Positions 62,141 to 64,000 of a stretch of DNA of 64,000 nucleotides are shown here, one piece after another. Source of the stretch: Escherichia virus TH41; the sequence record MT446412.1. The stretch is one strand, 5' to 3'. Numbering within the stretch: the stretch's first letter is position 1; the number at the start of each line of letters is the position of its first letter. Below the pieces are notes generated by a model. The model made no database searches, was not told the DNA's origin, and saw only the letters and a program-made list of their open reading frames with translations. Made by a program: the position numbers and the translations under genes.

Positions 62141-62739
62141 AATGACTTCTCCATCTCACGGATTAATGCCGAAATAAATGATTCGATATCATTAGGGTCG
62201 ATTATCTTTATTTCTCGTTTATATTCATTTTTGCGAATAGCGTCTTCATAGATATCTACTGCAGCTAATGGACCTTCATATTGTGGGTACAATTTATTCT
62301 TATCACCTTTATCATACCAGGTGTACGGATTATCAGGATAAGAAACAAGATTCCAGAATTTTTCACCATCTTCATTTACATGATAAAGAACCTGATTACC
62401 ACCTATATTCGAATAGCGTTGAATTGATGCCTGATACGATGATTCTTGTGAACATATCCAACCATAATAAGGGTCATAGATATTATTAAGCATAAGGAGA
62501 ACCCAATAGAGTTGCGTGTTTCCATAGAGCTGGTATGCAAGTTCTTCAGGTCTCGGAGCTCCGGCGATGTAATGCGTTTTCGGTGTATAATTAACCGCAA
62601 CCTTATCAAAATAGGCACGATAGTTTCTGAAGATGTCAGTCATCGGGATGCTTAAGACGTCTTCTTTCGTTAATGATGCCGAGTTTTTTCTGATTGTTTT
62701 AGCATCATAATCAATTGGGTTAAAAAATGAAAAAAGCAT
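62137..62739 (-). CDS. 53: Baseplate wedge protein gp53
   Basis: 201 aa from internal ATG 62739 (MLFSFFNPIDYDAKT) with RBS GGAGG; synteny upstream of gene 5. Confidence 0.65.
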   Translation of the reverse strand: MLFSFFNPIDYDAKTIRKNSASLTKEDVLSIPMTDIFRNYRAYFDKVAVNYTPKTHYIAGAPRPEELAYQLYGNTQLYWVLLMLNNIYDPYYGWICSQESSYQASIQRYSNIGGNQVLYHVNEDGEKFWNLVSYPDNPYTWYDKGDKNKLYPQYEGPLAAVDIYEDAIRKNEYKREIKIIDPNDIESFISALIREMEKSL

Positions 62740-62751
62740 AAAGCCTCCATT

Positions 62752-62759
62752 TATAAATA
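62752..62759 (+). promoter_or_regulatory. Late promoter (TATAAATA) for gene 4, in a divergent promoter region
   Basis: Octamer about 29 nt upstream of ATG 62788; both flanking genes have GGAGG ribosome-binding sites. Confidence 0.5.
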
Positions 62760-62787
62760 AGTATATCAATATTTATTAGGAGGCTAT

Positions 62788-63237
62788 ATGGCATACTCCG
62801 GGAAATTTAAGCCCACCAATATAGAAAAATATAAGGGCGACTGGAAGAAAATACAATACCGGTCAAGTTGGGAGGCTTGGCTGATGAGATGGCTCGACAA
62901 CCATCCGAACGTTGTTCAATGGGGTTCTGAGACTGTGATTATTCCATACTTCTGCAACGCGGAAGGGAAAAAGCGCAGATATTATATGGATTTCTGGGTT
63001 AAGTTCGATACGGGGCAACAGTTCTTTTTCGAAGTTAAACCATTAAAAGAAACAAGACCCCCAACCAAACCGGCCAATAATACCACTGCGAGTAAAAAGA
63101 GATTTATTAATGAGATGTACACCTGGAGCGTTAACTCTGACAAATGGAAAGCTGCGCAAGCTACCGCGGATAAGATGGGTATAACGTTCAGGATAATCAC
63201 TGAAAACTCACTGAAAAAATTAGGATGGAAAGGATGA
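62788..63237 (+). CDS. 4: Head completion protein gp4
   Basis: 149 aa (T4 gp4 150 aa); divergent from gene 53 as in T4. Confidence 0.65.
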   Translation: MAYSGKFKPTNIEKYKGDWKKIQYRSSWEAWLMRWLDNHPNVVQWGSETVIIPYFCNAEGKKRRYYMDFWVKFDTGQQFFFEVKPLKETRPPTKPANNTTASKKRFINEMYTWSVNSDKWKAAQATADKMGITFRIITENSLKKLGWKG

Positions 63238-64000
63238 GTATTTTTACATTTATCAATGAATCTGCAGATAAACCAGGTCCGAAACCCAGTAAATCAGAAC
63301 AACAATGGGTTGAAATAGGGGTTGAATTTTATACAGCAAAAGAAAAGGGAATGACCTCGAAGAAGTTTGCTGAAGAGAAAGGAATCAACTATTCGACCTT
63401 TACCAAAAGCATGTCGAGATATCATTCGAGAATTCAGACTGCTTATAAAGTATCCAAGCTCAAAAAGAAACCCGCCGGTAAACTTACGAAGGCTGAACGT
63501 CAGCTGATAATGGTGAATAGCTTTAGAAAGAGCATAAGAGATAAGATTGCTAACGAAGGCGCTGCAAGCAACACCAAATCTGCCAGATGGTTCGCTGAGA
63601 CAATTAAGAAATCAGTTCGTGGTCACGTAACGGCTAAACCTCAACCGGGTAAGATTTATGCTTATATCTATGATGCAAAGCATAAGGATACTCTTCCGTA
63701 TTGGGACAAATATCCGTTAATCATTTATCTTGGGCTAGGTAAGCACAATTTGATGTATGGTTTGAACTTGCACTATATTCCACCGAAGGCACGTCAAGAG
63801 TTCCTTGAGGAACTTCTTAAGCAATATGCTAATACTCCTACGATTACGAACAAGACTCATCTGAAGATTGATTGGTCAAAGGTGAAGGGATTTAAAGGGG
63901 CTGACCAGATGATTAAAGCATATATACCTGGCAATATAAAAGGTACTATTACTGAAATCAAGCCCAGCGACTGGGCAAACGTTGTTATGCTTCCGTTGCA
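63234..64000 (+). CDS. 2: DNA end-protector protein gp2 (3' end lies outside window)
   Basis: ORF opens at ATG 63234 overlapping the gene 4 stop and runs to the window end; position matches T4 gene 2. Confidence 0.6.
   Translation, partial: MSIFTFINESADKPGPKPSKSEQQWVEIGVEFYTAKEKGMTSKKFAEEKGINYSTFTKSMSRYHSRIQTAYKVSKLKKKPAGKLTKAERQLIMVNSFRKSIRDKIANEGAASNTKSARWFAETIKKSVRGHVTAKPQPGKIYAYIYDAKHKDTLPYWDKYPLIIYLGLGKHNLMYGLNLHYIPPKARQEFLEELLKQYANTPTITNKTHLKIDWSKVKGFKGADQMIKAYIPGNIKGTITEIKPSDWANVVMLPL

Overview
This window is a 64 kb segment of a T4-like (Tevenvirinae) myovirus genome, collinear with phage T4 from nrdB through gene 2. Identifications rest on reading the translated ORFs against remembered T4 protein sequences and gene order; no database search was run, so product names for less conserved ORFs are synteny-based guesses. 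The + strand carries the early/middle block: nrdB (5' partial, no intron), denA, rnlA, an Alc-like ORF, a two-gene spanin pair, pseT, a cluster of small ORFs, cd, gene 31, rIII, a second small-ORF cluster with a NADAR-like and a HAD-like protein, DNA ligase (30) and alt. The rest is the late morphogenesis block: baseplate hub 54-48-29-28-27-51 (-), 26-25-uvsY (+), uvsW (-), inh-like/hoc/rnlB (+), then a long minus-strand operon 24-23-22-21-68-67-20-19-18-17-16-15-14-13-wac-12-11-10-9-8-7-6-5.4-5.1-5-53, ending with 4 and the start of 2 (+). Promoter-like motifs of all three T4 classes and strong hairpin+T-run terminators are visible; regulatory coordinates are hand-counted and may be off by 1-2 nt. 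No rRNA, tRNA, CRISPR array, intron or homing-endonuclease gene was found. The points most worth a second look are a tandem pair of gene 24 paralogs, a small early-promoter-driven ORF inserted between genes 24 and 23, repeated promoter/leader cassettes (one copy antisense to genes 18/19), and a NADAR-like/HAD pair next to alt.
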